In this document: in pieces, positions 24,516-36,491 of the stretch
How the letters are laid out: the number at the start of each line of letters is the position of its first letter
How positions within the stretch are numbered: the first letter of the stretch is position 1
Assembly (NCBI RefSeq): GCF_006345805.1
Contig: NC_043001.1
Coordinates: forward strand, 37,200,001-37,264,000
DNA from: Octopus sinensis
Taxonomy: Eukaryota
Length of the DNA: 64,000 nt
Direction of reading: 5' to 3'
The notes under the pieces: generated by a model
The model's input: the letters and a program-made list of their open reading frames with translations, nothing else
What the model was told of the DNA's origin: nothing
The model's database searches: none
Made by a program: the position numbers and the translations under genes

Positions 24516-25799
24516 CTTCTATACCAAAACAAAACATATACATGATAACAGTTCTAATCATTTAAGCCACTGTCTAGTGCTGCATCAGGGCATATTATTA
24601 TTTTTGATTTGACCCAGGTCTTATTCCCGGTAGGGACTATGTGGATAGAAGATTATTACCTGTAACCTTAGGTTTCCACAAGTTTTCAGTAGCCTTTCAA
24701 GTGCTTTATAATAATAATAATAATTATTATTATTATTATTCAAACAGTTACACATGTTAATTTCATTAGTAGCGATATTACACTGAGAGATGATTACAAC
24801 AAATCTCCTACAATGCCAGAGGAAGAGAAGGAGAAGAGGAATATGTTGTTCTTTCGGTCGTCTGCCGTAAAATGTTTTGTGTTTACTTTGACCCTTTATG
24901 ATTTTAGTTTAACTCCATCTGGGATTGAGTTTGCCAATCATTCATCTAAGGTTGATGAAGCAACCATCAGTCTAGAAACATAAACATATGAAATATCGTT
25001 TGTCACAGTAGTACAATGATTACTTAATTCTTCTCTTCCTACCTTCATTTATCATTACTTAACAGGTAATGAAGGAACTGGCTATAAACTCTACCAGTTT
25101 TTAAAACCATGGCGTTAGTGGTCCGTGAAAATGAGTAATATCACCGGTTAGGGAACATTGAGGTTATTAAGATTTGCCCGTTTGGTTAACTAGATTTGAA
25201 AGAAATAACTGTCAGGTGCGAAAGTAATTATTGCTAGGGTTTCGAAGCTTGTGTTGTTCAGAACAGAACAATCAAAACGTTCTAGACGAGACCACCACAT
25301 CTGTTTCTTTAAGGACTGCATTGCCTGACGCTGGTATGGGTAACCTTTCTCGAGAAGCGTCTCCTTCCAAGTTAGTAGAATGTGGTAGAGGGTGATTTAG
25401 TGGCTGTTACTTACCAGGTCATCCTTTGCACACGAGGTTGATTGTCAATGGCCAAATTCACTAATGCGACGAACTAAATGCTATACCGATATAGTTTCTG
25501 CATAGAGTCCATTCCAGAGATAAGTAAGAATTAATTTGTCATATGTTTAATACGATAGTGGCCCTGAGGAGTCTTCTACTGGAAGGATTAACTTTGTAGA
25601 AGTACAGTAAGATAGGTTACTTGTTAGCTATCCTAAGTAGGAATTCTAGATGTTTAGACCCGAGTCGATTCCGATTGAGTAGAACTATTACCAAAAGTAT
25701 TCCAGCCTTAATCACCTTGACATTTTTCTAATTATAGTGAGCCTTACATCATTTGCTCAATGAGAATACACTACTAGCACTGGCCAAATGACTTTAACA

Positions 25800-26060
25800 T
25801 CAAATTCAGAATTCATCCAAGGCTAGGACCACGCGCCACATGACACGTACACAATTTAGGCTCCCAGCACATAAATACGCTGCAACATTTCTTCAACAGG
25901 CCCCGCTCTATTTGACATTATCCAAAAGCAAATCACCCCCATCATTTTCAAACGACCTCTGGACAAATTTCTTCAAAGAAGACCAGACAAGCAACCTATA
26001 CCCGGATATAACTCGACCAACAACAACGCTCTGCGTGAATCTGCCTTGATACCACAAAAC
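25800..26060 (+). mobile_element. CR1/L2-group LINE 3' end
   Basis: KFRIHPRLG..INTLQHF / GPALFDIIQKQITPIIFKRPLDKFLQRRPDKQPIPGYNSTNNNAL, the same motif series as 1078-1412. Confidence 0.65.
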
Positions 26061-26136
26061 TTGACTTTAAAATGACTTAGCAGATTCCATTAGATGGTGA
26101 TGGTTTTAAGCTAGACAAGGCTTAAGCAAATTTTGG

Positions 26137-26709
26137 GGGTCTTTACCTTTTGACCGATAGATTTTTAAAATAATTTTTTTGTAACTAAATACTTTCAAAC
26201 TTCGGACACTGGTAGAATGTCATATAAAACATGTTTTACTCTTAGCGTTTTTGAGAAAAGCTTATATTTAGGAAGCTATTTCACGTTAAAGTTGTCGTAT
26301 TTCGGTAATTTCAACCAATAACGTGTATTCAGCTGAATAAAATTACTGACAACCCTAACCCTAAAACCCTAACCCTAACACCCTAACCTTAAAACCTTAA
26401 AGCTAAAACCAGTACAAACGCACGAACGATATCATAAATAACAATGACAAACGAAATATACACCGCCGATATTTGTTGTTGACAAACAACAGCAGTAATT
26501 TTATTCAGCTGAATACACGTCATTGATTGGTTGAAATTACCGAAATACGACAACTTTAACGTGAAATAACTTCCTAAATATAAGCTTTTCTCAAAAACGC
26601 TAAGAGTAAAAGATGTTTTATATGACACATTCTACCAGTGTCCGAAGTTTGAAAGTTTTAGTTACAAAATATTATTTTTTTCAATCTGTCGGTCAAAAGG
26701 TAAAGATCC
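26137..26709. mobile_element. Mutator-like MITE with ~210-bp TIRs and internal (TAACCC)n
   Basis: gggtctttaccttttgaccg.. / ..cggtcaaaaggtaaagatcc; 9-bp TSD aaattttgg / aatttttgg (1 mismatch). Confidence 0.85.
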
Positions 26710-27745
26710 AATTTTTGGCCGAAACATATCTTAGTTTATCTAAATTTATATAATATAGCTTGAACCACAAGCTATATTATCGACTATGTTCTTTAACCTT
26801 GGACAGTAAGTTGCTATTTGAGAGAAATTCGTTTGTTAATTCTAACAAACAGAGCAACCACATAGTATCGTCCTCACAATATTTGGCATCTATGTTTTAA
26901 TAGGCAGCACATCACTGTCGTCATTAAGTCTGTCACTCTCCCTCTCTCACACACATACATCTATACTTACCTAGTTATATATACATACATATATACATGC
27001 ATATATATATATACACACCAACACATATAATGCCATTATACATCCTCAAATGGCTCTAAGCAAAAAGCTGGGTCCGATATGAATCTGAAGTAGAAAATAA
27101 ATAATATCTCCGATTCCTAAGTTTATGAATAAGGTCGGTACTCAGATTTCCCCGCTTCATCCCAACTCACAAATAAATACTTTCCAATTTTATATGCATA
27201 TCGTATTTGGTATCAATAGGACTTCCTGAATCCACTACGATACGTAAATATAAGAGCTATTTGAGTAAGTATAAATGGCGTTATATGTGTTGGTGTGTGT
27301 GTCTGTGTGTATACATACTAATATATATGTGTGTATGTATATATATATATATATATATTATAATAAAGGGTTAATTGCAACAAGTTGCTCAAAACCACAT
27401 ACCGAAAATATTAGAAATAGCAGCCAAATAGGTCACTATTTCTACTACTAGTAAAAAAGTCTCCACAAACGGAATTTGTAACCCGTGTATGGTAAAGAGA
27501 AAGAAGACAACGAAATCCCAGCCTATTGGATTAATTATAGACGAAATCGTTTCTGGATTAGAACCGAAAGTTCATTGCCTTGTCAATATAATATTTCCTA
27601 TAAATCTAGAAATGCTAGGAAAAAACTCACCCATTACACCAGCTCGATATATATATATATATACACACACACACATATATTATATTATATATATATATAT
27701 ATATAATATATATATATATATAGAAGAAAAGATAATAAATTAGCA

Positions 27746-27783
<38 letters not shown>

Positions 27784-27850
27784 GAAAAGATAATAAATTA
27801 GCAATGTATGTATATATATATATATACATACATAAGTATGCGTGTACCTC

Positions 27851-27902
<52 letters not shown>

Positions 27903-28309
27903 TCAAAGTATACAGTATTTTAGATCCATTAAAGCGATCTTACCAATCGATTTCACACAGAGTATTAGATAACCGGATGTAGCCGCGTGTGCAGCCGGAG
28001 AAGTAAGCCTGTTGCTGTCTGTGATACACGTACCTTTCACCCTCACGACTGCTGAAGTAGTACTTTTATCATTGTCATTATCAATCATGATTCCTCGACC
28101 ACCGCTACGGCAACGATCACTTTTGAAAGTTTTGCTGTGTGTTTGAAACTCCGAGAATTTCCTGCGCGTCAAATTAATTTAAAATGAACTATGCACAAAC
28201 TGCACTGGCATTTCAGATAAAACAGCTTTCTTTCCGCTGTCTATTATTTGCTGGGAGCAACGAGAAACTGAATGACCTCTGTATTTTTATTATTATTATT
28301 ATTATTTGT

Positions 28310-29190
28310 AAGTGTAGCTGTGAGGTTAAGAAGCTTGCTTCCTAATGATGTGGTCTTGGGTTCAGTCCCACTGCACGGCACCTTGGGCAAGTGTCTTTAA
28401 CTATAATACTCTCGAGCCGACCAAAGCTTTCTCAGCGGGTTTGGAAGCCTATCGTATATAAATATATATGCGTGTATGTGCATGCACCTATGTGTGTGTG
28501 TCTTTGCGTTTACCGTAAATCCTCGAGTATAGTCCGCCTTTGAGTATAATACGCAGGGAATTTTTAGGGGGATGTACCTCTGAAAAGCCTAAACCTTATG
28601 TATAATATGCACCCCTTCTCTAACTTGAGTCGTGCGTAATTAAGCCAGCAGCACCTAGTCAAACAAACACTTCCGCGCATGCATAATACAATAATGGTGA
28701 TGTTCTTAACTGTTATATGGGAATGTAAATATGTTGGCAAATTGTTTTTGTTACATGTTATTCTGTGTTCTGAATACTTTTATTTTAATAAATGTTGCTT
28801 ATTGCAAGTTATGGACGATTCTTTTATGACTTCATTGCTTTCAGGCTCAGCTTAAGGTATTTTTGCGCCCGACATCACAAAATGCGTCTGAATAAATATT
28901 GTCGCACAGCAAATAGAGACTCGGACATTACTGAGAAAATATTTTTCATTTTTAACCTCGTATATAGTACGCACTAGTGATTTTGACCATTAAATTTTGG
29001 GGGGAAAAATGTGGATTATACTCGAGGATTTACGGTATGTTGTGTTTGTCCCCCACCATTACTTGAAATCTGGTGTTAATTTGTTTTACGTTTCGACAAA
29101 AAGAGACCAATGGAACAAGTAGCAGTTTAAAAAAAAATAATTGCAGGAATCGATTAGTTCGACTAAACCCTTCCAGACGGTATCCCAGCT
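28310..29190 (+). mobile_element. Family B tRNA-SINE (degenerate), split by a MITE
   Basis: gggttcagtcccactgcacggcaccttgggcaagtgtc head; body resumes at gtttgtcccccacc after 29037. Confidence 0.75.
28513..29035. mobile_element. Tc2/pogo-type MITE, 523 bp
   Basis: TIRs ccgtaaatcctcgagtata(g/a)tcc; TA TSD (28511-12, 29036-37). Confidence 0.9.
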
Positions 29191-30079
29191 TGGGATAAAA
29201 AATACCCTTTTAGATTTTATTCCGAGAACCAAGGATCTGTCTTTCTTTCAGTGGTCTTGCAGTTCATGCACCATTACTGGTATTTTTATACACCCGTGCA
29301 TTACTGGTAGATAGTTGGTAACTCTTTACTCGGTTTATCCGTCTTGTTGACCGATCTTGTATTCACTTAACCAACTTGCTATAAATAGCTGCCAAATTTC
29401 CCTGACACCACATCCGATATCTGTTAAAGAAAGTACACACCCGATAATGTAGTTTAAAATATTCTGTATCTGGAAATGAAAGAAAAGAAAAAGATGACCA
29501 CAGTGAGTCATTTTTTATCACGGATCTGCCTGAACAAAGAGTGAGGTCTCAAAGTAGTCGCTCTATCGGCTAGAAAAAGTACCCAAACCTCCCTTAAATC
29601 ACGCGTTACTGCCTTAGAAAAAGCGGGGTACAGGATATTGTAATCTAACTAAACAAGTAAATTAGATCCTACCAATAAAGTGTTGAGTACACTTTCTACA
29701 CTTTGTTATACTAACAGGCCGCTGGCAGATAATGTTAGGTGTTCAGGTTAAGTCTCTTAATTTTTACGGTCAAAGTTGTGATAGCGCTTTGGTGTAGTGG
29801 GTTAGCATAATTATAGGGCTTACAGTAAATGCAACATTTGAATCTCGCAGGCGATGTTACATCTTTCCTCCGTCTTCTATATATATATGCATATACCTAT
29901 GTATGTGCGTATGTATATATATTATCTCCCTCGCTCACTCTCCCCCTCTCTCTCCCTCCCCCTCTCTCTCTCCCTGTCTCACACATTCTATTTATTTATT
30001 ATCTATCTATATGTTCGTATGTATGTATGTATGTATGTATGTATGCATGTATGTATGTATGTATGTATGTATGTATGTA

Positions 30080-30225
30080 CATAGCGGTTCGGCAAAAGAG
30101 ACCGATAGAATAAGTACTAGGCTTACAAAGAATAAGTCCTAGGGGTCGATTTGCTCCACTAAAAGGCGGTGATCCAGCATGGTCGCAGTCAAATGACTGA
30201 AACAAGTAAAACAGTAAAAGACGGA
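30080..30225 (+). mobile_element. Family B SINE 3' half
   Basis: tagcggttcggcaaaagagaccgatagaataagtactagg..cagtcaaatgactgaaacaagtaaaa. Confidence 0.85.
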
Positions 30226-30488
30226 CTCTCACATTGACGACTACGTGTGAGTGTTCGGCTTTTACCAAATGACCTGCATGACCTGTATGTATGTATGTAT
30301 GTATGTATGTATGTATGTATGTATGTATGTATGTATGCATGCATGCATGCATGCATGCATGTATGTATGTGTGTGTATGTCGTTGTTCAGTTTTATTTCA
30401 CGATTTCTTTCCAATAGAGAAAAAACCGGTTTCTAACCTAGATCCAAAGCTCCTTCATTGGAATTTCAACATCAACAACAGGTATTTT

Positions 30489-30520
<32 letters not shown>

Positions 30521-30592
30521 TGTATGTATGTATGTATGTATGTATGTATGTATGTATGTGTGCAGATTTGTATGTTTTGCTTTATGTATTTA

Positions 30593-31072
30593 CTGGCTGG
30601 TGTACCGCGTAATTCCCGGGTATAAAGATGTTCTATTTAAATGTCTTATTACTCTGTTATAAGAAAACAATTTCGTTATAACTGCCACAAAAGGTGTATT
30701 TTCCGTCGCGAAAAAGTGCAAAAAACTGCCAGCTGTAGTAGGGAAAGATTGTTGGAGGTTGGCGAGAGAGGTTTTCGGAGGTTGGTGAGACAGTACTCTG
30801 ACTCGGCGTGGTATTTTAAAGGTGGACTTTATGAAGGCTAATTTATTAAAGGTAATATATAAATGTGGTATATATATATATATGTATATAAATATATGAA
30901 TGAAGTATTTAATATTTAAGACTGAAATGAAGAAAGTGCTATAATAACGTTCGCACTCACTGATGGCAGCTCTAAGTAACTGCCTTTAGCTTACAGAATT
31001 CTTGTATTTATAACTATCGAAAATCAGCCAGAAGGATAGACATATTGTTAAGAACAAATGATTTCGCTGGCT
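30593..31072 (-). mobile_element. Helitron family 1, internally deleted copy
   Basis: Colinear with 6090-6290 and 6745-6960. Confidence 0.7.
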
Positions 31073-31445
31073 AGGCAGTAAGAAGTTTGCTACGAGGTTC
31101 CAGGTTCAATCCCGATTCGTGGTACCTTGGGTAAGAGTCTTCTACTATAACCTTGGACTGACCAAAGCCTTGTGAATGGATCTGGTAGACGGGAACTGAA
31201 AGGAGCCTGTTGTGTGAGTGTGTGTGTGTTCGTGTTTGTCCCCCATCCACCCACTATACGTTTGACAACTGGTGTTGGTCTGTTTACGTCCCCATAACTT
31301 AACGATTCTACATATGAGAGCGAGAGAATACGTGCCAGGTATTTTGAAAAATAGGCTGCGGAGTCAATTTGTTCGGCTAACTCCTTCAAGGTAGTAAGTA
31401 CCTCATCATAGCCCAGGAGTCCAATGACTGAATCAAATAAAAAGT
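31073..31445 (+). mobile_element. Family B SINE (diverged)
   Basis: ggttcaatcccgattcgtggtaccttgggtaagagtcttctactataacc..gaccaaagccttgtgaatggat. Confidence 0.8.
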
Positions 31446-31624
31446 TAAGATATATAGTGATGTCAGTAAGCGACATCCTATAATTTTTATAATTGTATGC
31501 GAGAAAGAGGGGTCGCCATCTTGTACGTAAACGACAAAAAAAAATAAAATTTGTAAGACGTTCGTAATAAGTCATAACATATTTATTACTGGATGTAATG
31601 CGTTAACATATAAGATTAATTGAA

Positions 31625-31797
31625 GGAAAAGCTTGTCTTCCCTTCTCGGGATCTTTCCTTCTCCTTTGTTTCCGACGAAGAGCTCCGCTCGAAGCGTTAA
31701 ACCCTCCTTCTTCCCTTCTTTCCTGAGCGTCCAATAATACTTTATTTGTTCCACGTCCTCGCGTTGCTGTGTTTTTTTTTTGTTTTCTTGTTTGGAT

Positions 31798-31802
<5 letters not shown>
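31625..31802 (+). mobile_element. Penelope-like terminus, third copy
   Basis: gtttccgacgaagagctccgctcgaagcgttaaacc..ggattaac then (TA)n. Confidence 0.6.
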
Positions 31803-31836
<34 letters not shown>

Positions 31837-33539
31837 AAGTGTTTTCTTTCATAAATGCAAGGAGTGCAATAACGTATTGCCTATGATATCAAAATGACTG
31901 CAAATAACTAATCCGATTTTAATACTAGTCTGTCATTTTTTTATGAAAAGCAAATGAAAGAAGGAACATACATGTTATATGTACCCTATTTTAATTAAAT
32001 AGTTCTGGTTTTTAAAATTACACGCGCCGCTTTAAGAACCAATGATTCATCCCTTATAAATACACTCATGCACAGACACTCAGAATGACATACATACATG
32101 ATGGCTGCCCCCTCGTTATCGGGTATGGCCACTGCAGGAAGCTTAACTGTTATTGGAGCTGTGATCGAATGTGACTTTTATTTGCTTTTTAAGGCTACAG
32201 CCAGCCATTCAGTTGAGACTCACAGCACCATCAACAATCATGAACAATGTTGTTATCGTGCAATTTTTTTTAAAGTGAGGAAAGGCTGTGCACTGAGTCA
32301 ATCCCACTCACTAAGCAACAGCAACCATAATCCGAAAAGAACAAATCAACATCATCGGTAACCACTGAGCCGCAGGTTTTATGTCGGAGTTATCCCAGTT
32401 ACCTGAGTTACCTTCTCCTAGAAGGATAACCTAACAAAGGCTAGGAGTCCTTCACTCCCAATGATTTAACCGTGCCATCGGGTATTCAGTCCGATTTTTT
32501 CTATGTCCCCGCGCATGATACAGCCTTAAACCTTAAAAAAAAAGTTACACATTTATTGGATGGCCGTTGACTCTCAAGAGTTCCTCCGCCCTTTGGCGGG
32601 TTTTGTTTTTCATCCCGCAGGGTGTCCAATAAACACCCTCCTCACCAAGCAAGCTTGGTGGGGTTGCCGGTTTAGTCGCCGACGGCCCGACCATGCAACA
32701 GGTTGTACTGGGTTACATGTTACCAGTAGCACTCGAAAGTGACCTGACATACATACATACATACATACATATACATGTGTGTGAGTATGTATGTGTGTGT
32801 TTTATGTATGTATATGTCTATGTATGCTTGCATACATGTATCTGCTCATGTGTGTTCATATGTGTATGCTTCACAGAAAAATTCTTTAAAGGCAATTTCG
32901 TAAAAGTTGCAACTTATAAATTAAACTTTACCGAAAAATAAATAGGGACGTTTCCATAGCTAGAGTAGGTATAATTTTGCAATTAAAAGAGACACAGTTA
33001 TATTTAGTTATATACCAATTGAAATAATGCCCTCTTTTTTTTTTCGTTTATATATATTTAAAATGGCGTCTCGTTTAAGTTGAACGCTGTTAAGTTCGGG
33101 GTGAATGACGTGATGAGGGGAAGATGTGTGGTGCGTTTCCTTTAGTAGCAGGCTCATTTCCCGCTTCAAATTGATTCTTGAACACGTGCACTTGACTAGC
33201 TGTTTGACACTATAAGTAGTCAATTGAACACTTAGTAAAGGATGGGCTAAATAATGAGCCAACAAAAGCATGTTTTTAGTTTATTTCTCGAGCAGCATGC
33301 TCCGTATTTTTAGCAGCCATTTAGTTTTCAAGTGGTGGCTATTTGTTGCATTTTTAAATAAACAAAACGGAGCAACACAGTAAAAGAAAAAAAATGAAAA
33401 AAATTAGCTGACTTTTTTTTTAATTTTCTTAATTGTTAAGCCATCTTATTGCTGCTGTTGCTATTTAGAAAATAAGCAAAATATAGCATAACAAAAAACG
33501 TACAAAAAAAATCAGTTTTGCTTTTCTTAATTTATCTTT

Positions 33540-33885
33540 TACTTTTCACTTGCTTCAGTCATTGGACTACGGCCATGCTCGGAGATCATCTTGTGAGGTT
33601 TAGTCGAACAAATCAACATCAATATATATTTAAAGTCCAGTACTTATTGTATTGGTTTCTTTTATCAAACCTCTAAGTCACAAGAATACAAACAAACCAG
33701 GAGGAGACAAACGCAAACACACACGCACTTACAACGGGCTTCCGTATAGTTTCTGTCGACTAACTTCACTCATAAAACATTGATTGGCCCTGGACACTTG
33801 GGCAGAAGACACTTGCCCAAGATGGCACGCAGTGGGACTAAACCCGAAACCACTTGGTTACAAAGTGAGCTTCTTAACTATATGT
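33540..33885 (-). mobile_element. Family B SINE (diverged)
   Basis: gaagacacttgcccaagatggcacgcagtgggactaaacccgaaacc is the reverse complement of the family B head. Confidence 0.75.
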
Positions 33886-34386
33886 ACAGATATGCCTGCG
33901 CCTAACTATACAGCTATGCTCTTGTTGTTGCTATTGTAGCCAAAATTGTTGTTGTTGTTGTTGTTCTTGTTCTTCTTCTTCTTGCTTAGCCCTAATTCAT
34001 CCCTAATCCAGGAAACCTTACGATGAAAGACATTACAGCTGTGAGCATCATATCCTTTTTTAGGTGGGTGGGTGGGAAAACTATATTTGTCCCCCCCACC
34101 CCACCCATATGTCCTTCCTTTTTTGAAAGGCATAGATTGAGGGAAATTTTGTTTGTTATATCTAGCATTTCAAGCAACCACTTAGAGATTCCTGCGTTGG
34201 ATCGAGGAAATAGTTTGTGTTGTAGACGATATTCAATACATTTCACAATCACATCACTTCTTTCGACTGGTCGAGAGAAAGAGAGAGAGAGAGAGAGAGG
34301 GGGGGGGGAGACAGAGAAGAGAGGAGAAAGAGAGAGGTGAGATTACCAGCTCTCAATTGTAACCCATTTTTGTTCAATTCTAGCAG

Positions 34387-34614
34387 AAAAAGAATCTGTT
34401 TAAACTCATACTAGCTGAGAATCAACATATATTAAATCTGAGTACAAGTGAATACAAAGATCTCTTAAGTATTGACAATGCGCAGCAGCAGCCGTTCAAG
34501 AATTTGGACCTGGAGATCTCCATTTCCAGCGACTTCGAGGGCCACTTCTCATTGGTTTCGGGCGTCAACGAAGAGCCCTCGACTACAACAAGACGACCAA
34601 AGTTTTTTTCCAAG
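34387..34614 (+). CDS. Candidate upstream coding exon of the mucin-like gene
   Basis: Pyrimidine tract + ctagCAG acceptor, 76 stop-free codons (KKNLFKLILAENQHILN..STTTRRPKFFSK), donor AAG|GTCTGG; phase fits exon 36492 only if the T7 run at 34603-34609 is one base longer. Confidence 0.3.
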
Positions 34615-34679
34615 GTCTGGGGTCTCCCGCCCCTAAGCCCGAGACCATCACCTAATCTACCTTACCCGTCTTGTTGCTT

Positions 34680-34702
34680 AACAACAACAACAACAACAAC
34701 AA

Positions 34703-34768
<66 letters not shown>

Positions 34769-34782
34769 CAGCAGCAGCAGTT
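34680..34782. repeat. Compound trinucleotide tract (ACA)n(GCA)n(GTA)n(GCA)n
   Basis: Direct reading. Confidence 0.95.
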
Positions 34783-35357
34783 GCATCGGCTGAACTTCAC
34801 TAATTCGATATTCACTAGCCCGGCAGCTTCGATGAGGTTCAGAACGGTGATTTGAATTTTGCGGCCACCAGTCTAGCAGATAGTGTTTCATATTGTTTGG
34901 GTCCACCACGGCTGACTTACAATAGTTGATGCTGCTGTAGAGATACAGCTATCAGGAGTGAACCCAAGGTGGGGTACCTGAGGAGCACGTCCCTCCCTCA
35001 AGAAAAGAAGTGCGCCTTTCTAAATAATGTTATTTCGCCCTATTTTCATGGTATTGTATTCCCTTCTAACTTTGTGTCCTCCCTTTGAAAAATTCCTGGG
35101 ACCGCGCCTGGTAGTTGCAGTATTTGTAATACGGCACAATATCTGCATTATTTTGCAATTGTGTACTCTAAGCTTCACTGCTTCGGAAAATCTGCTCCTC
35201 GTGCACATGTCTTTGTCCCAAGTTTTCCGCATTAGTAAAGTTCAACCTCTGATTTCTAATATCGATACAAGTCACATATTTCGAGTAAGGGGTGATCGGC
35301 ATGTCAAAACATTAAACTAGCTACAGTAAACTGAAAAACATGAAAATATTCCTGAGT

Positions 35358-35530
35358 AAATTTAATATTTAAAGGCTACGAACAAACCAACAGGAGTTGC
35401 TACAAATAACAGTCAAAACATTAAAACATACACGAGCAAAATAAACAGTGAAAAATGTTCGCGAGCAAATTAAATATTTAAAAGCTACGAGCAAACCAAC
35501 AGGAGTTGCTAGAAATAACAGTCAAAACAT
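35358..35530. repeat. Local duplication of ~65 bp at 108-bp spacing
   Basis: aatatttaaa(g/a)gctacga(a/g)caaaccaacaggagttgcta(c/g)aaataacagtcaaaacatt occurs twice. Confidence 0.75.
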
Positions 35531-35604
35531 TGCTTGAAACAGACATTTATTAGTTTCAAAAATTCAAGAACGAAAGTTTGCAATACACTCTAGGATTTTA
35601 TCTC

Positions 35605-35865
35605 CACATAAATTCACATAAATTCACAAAGATAAGAGTCAACCATGGAACGGTGTTTGTTTCCACGTTTTAAAGACGCCCAAGTACTCTCACTTTGTTG
35701 ATTACACTCAATTTGTTCGTTACATTCCTTGTACGCATACGCAGCATCTTTGGTTACTATGAAAACAGAGTTCTTCGCTACCGTGATGTGTAAAATATTC
35801 GCTTCTGTTTGGCTAAAATACCCAAAACATTTTGTTCGGTCACTATTATCTTTACCATCCACCAT
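35605..35865 (-). mobile_element. Merlin (ISXO2/IS1595-related) transposase remnant
   Basis: DRTKCF..ITVAKNSVFIVTKDAAY..ESTWASLKRGNKHRSMVDSYLCEFM resembles the Merlin C-terminal E-motif region (IESTWxxxKR..DSYLCEFMWR). Confidence 0.55.
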
Positions 35866-35877
35866 CCATTAAAACAA

Positions 35878-36020
35878 TCCCTTTCGCTATAGGCACAAGG
35901 CTTGAAATCTTAGAGTAGGAGGCGAGTTGATTACATCTACACCTGTGCTCAGTTGTTACTTATTTTATCAACCCCGAAAGGATGAACGACAAAGTCGACC
36001 TCGGCGGAATTTAAACTCAA
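35878..36020 (-). mobile_element. Family A SINE fragment
   Basis: ttttatcaaccccgaaaggatgaacgacaaagtcgacctcggcggaatttaaactc. Confidence 0.8.
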
Positions 36021-36491
36021 AGTAAAAAACCAGAAGAAATACCATTATTTCAGAAATTCTCACATTTAGCCGTTAAGCCTGTATAACTTTTACCTGGTTG
36101 CTATTGTAATCTAAATCAAATGGACAGCAAATGTTAGTATAGAGAATGCATTGTTTAATTATTAGCACCGTCATATCGCCTTAAGTTATTCCGTTATAGT
36201 TGATCGTACAACATTTCTGTTAATAACATCTGTTAATTCCCTTCAGGTCTTCCTTTAAGTGGCTCGTAGATTAAAATCAAGGAGTCGGAGTGAGAGTCTA
36301 TTAGAATGTGAATACATTGCAAAGGAAATTTATTAATCGTCTTTTAATAATGATGGAAGGCAAGGTTTACGATATCGGAAGAATATCGTTTCCTTCCATC
36401 ATCTTTTTGTTCTTCATGTAGTTCACAGTCTCTTTCAAATGAGAATATATTGATACCATGTGTCCTAATTTCGTTGTTGTATGTCTTTCAG

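Noticed and set aside
26351-26400. True telomere or chromosome fusion site
   Set aside because: The tract is short, degenerate, single-orientation and internal to a TIR/TSD-bounded MITE.
28310-28400. tRNA genes at SINE heads (also 40710 and 52980)
   Set aside because: A/B-box-like heads run directly into SINE bodies with no complete cloverleaf.
32098-32742. GC-richer ORFs (87 and 60 aa)
   Set aside because: No splice signals or recognisable domain; probably non-coding repeat sequence that I cannot classify.
34950-35320. 97-aa ORF with hydrophobic start and CAGG..CCTG hAT-like ends
   Set aside because: No TSD and no suitable donor; neither a signal-peptide exon nor a MITE is supportable.
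36458-36491. ATG at 36458 as the start codon
   Set aside because: It lies in the pyrimidine tract before a clear CAG acceptor, so MCPNFVVVCLS is most likely intronic.
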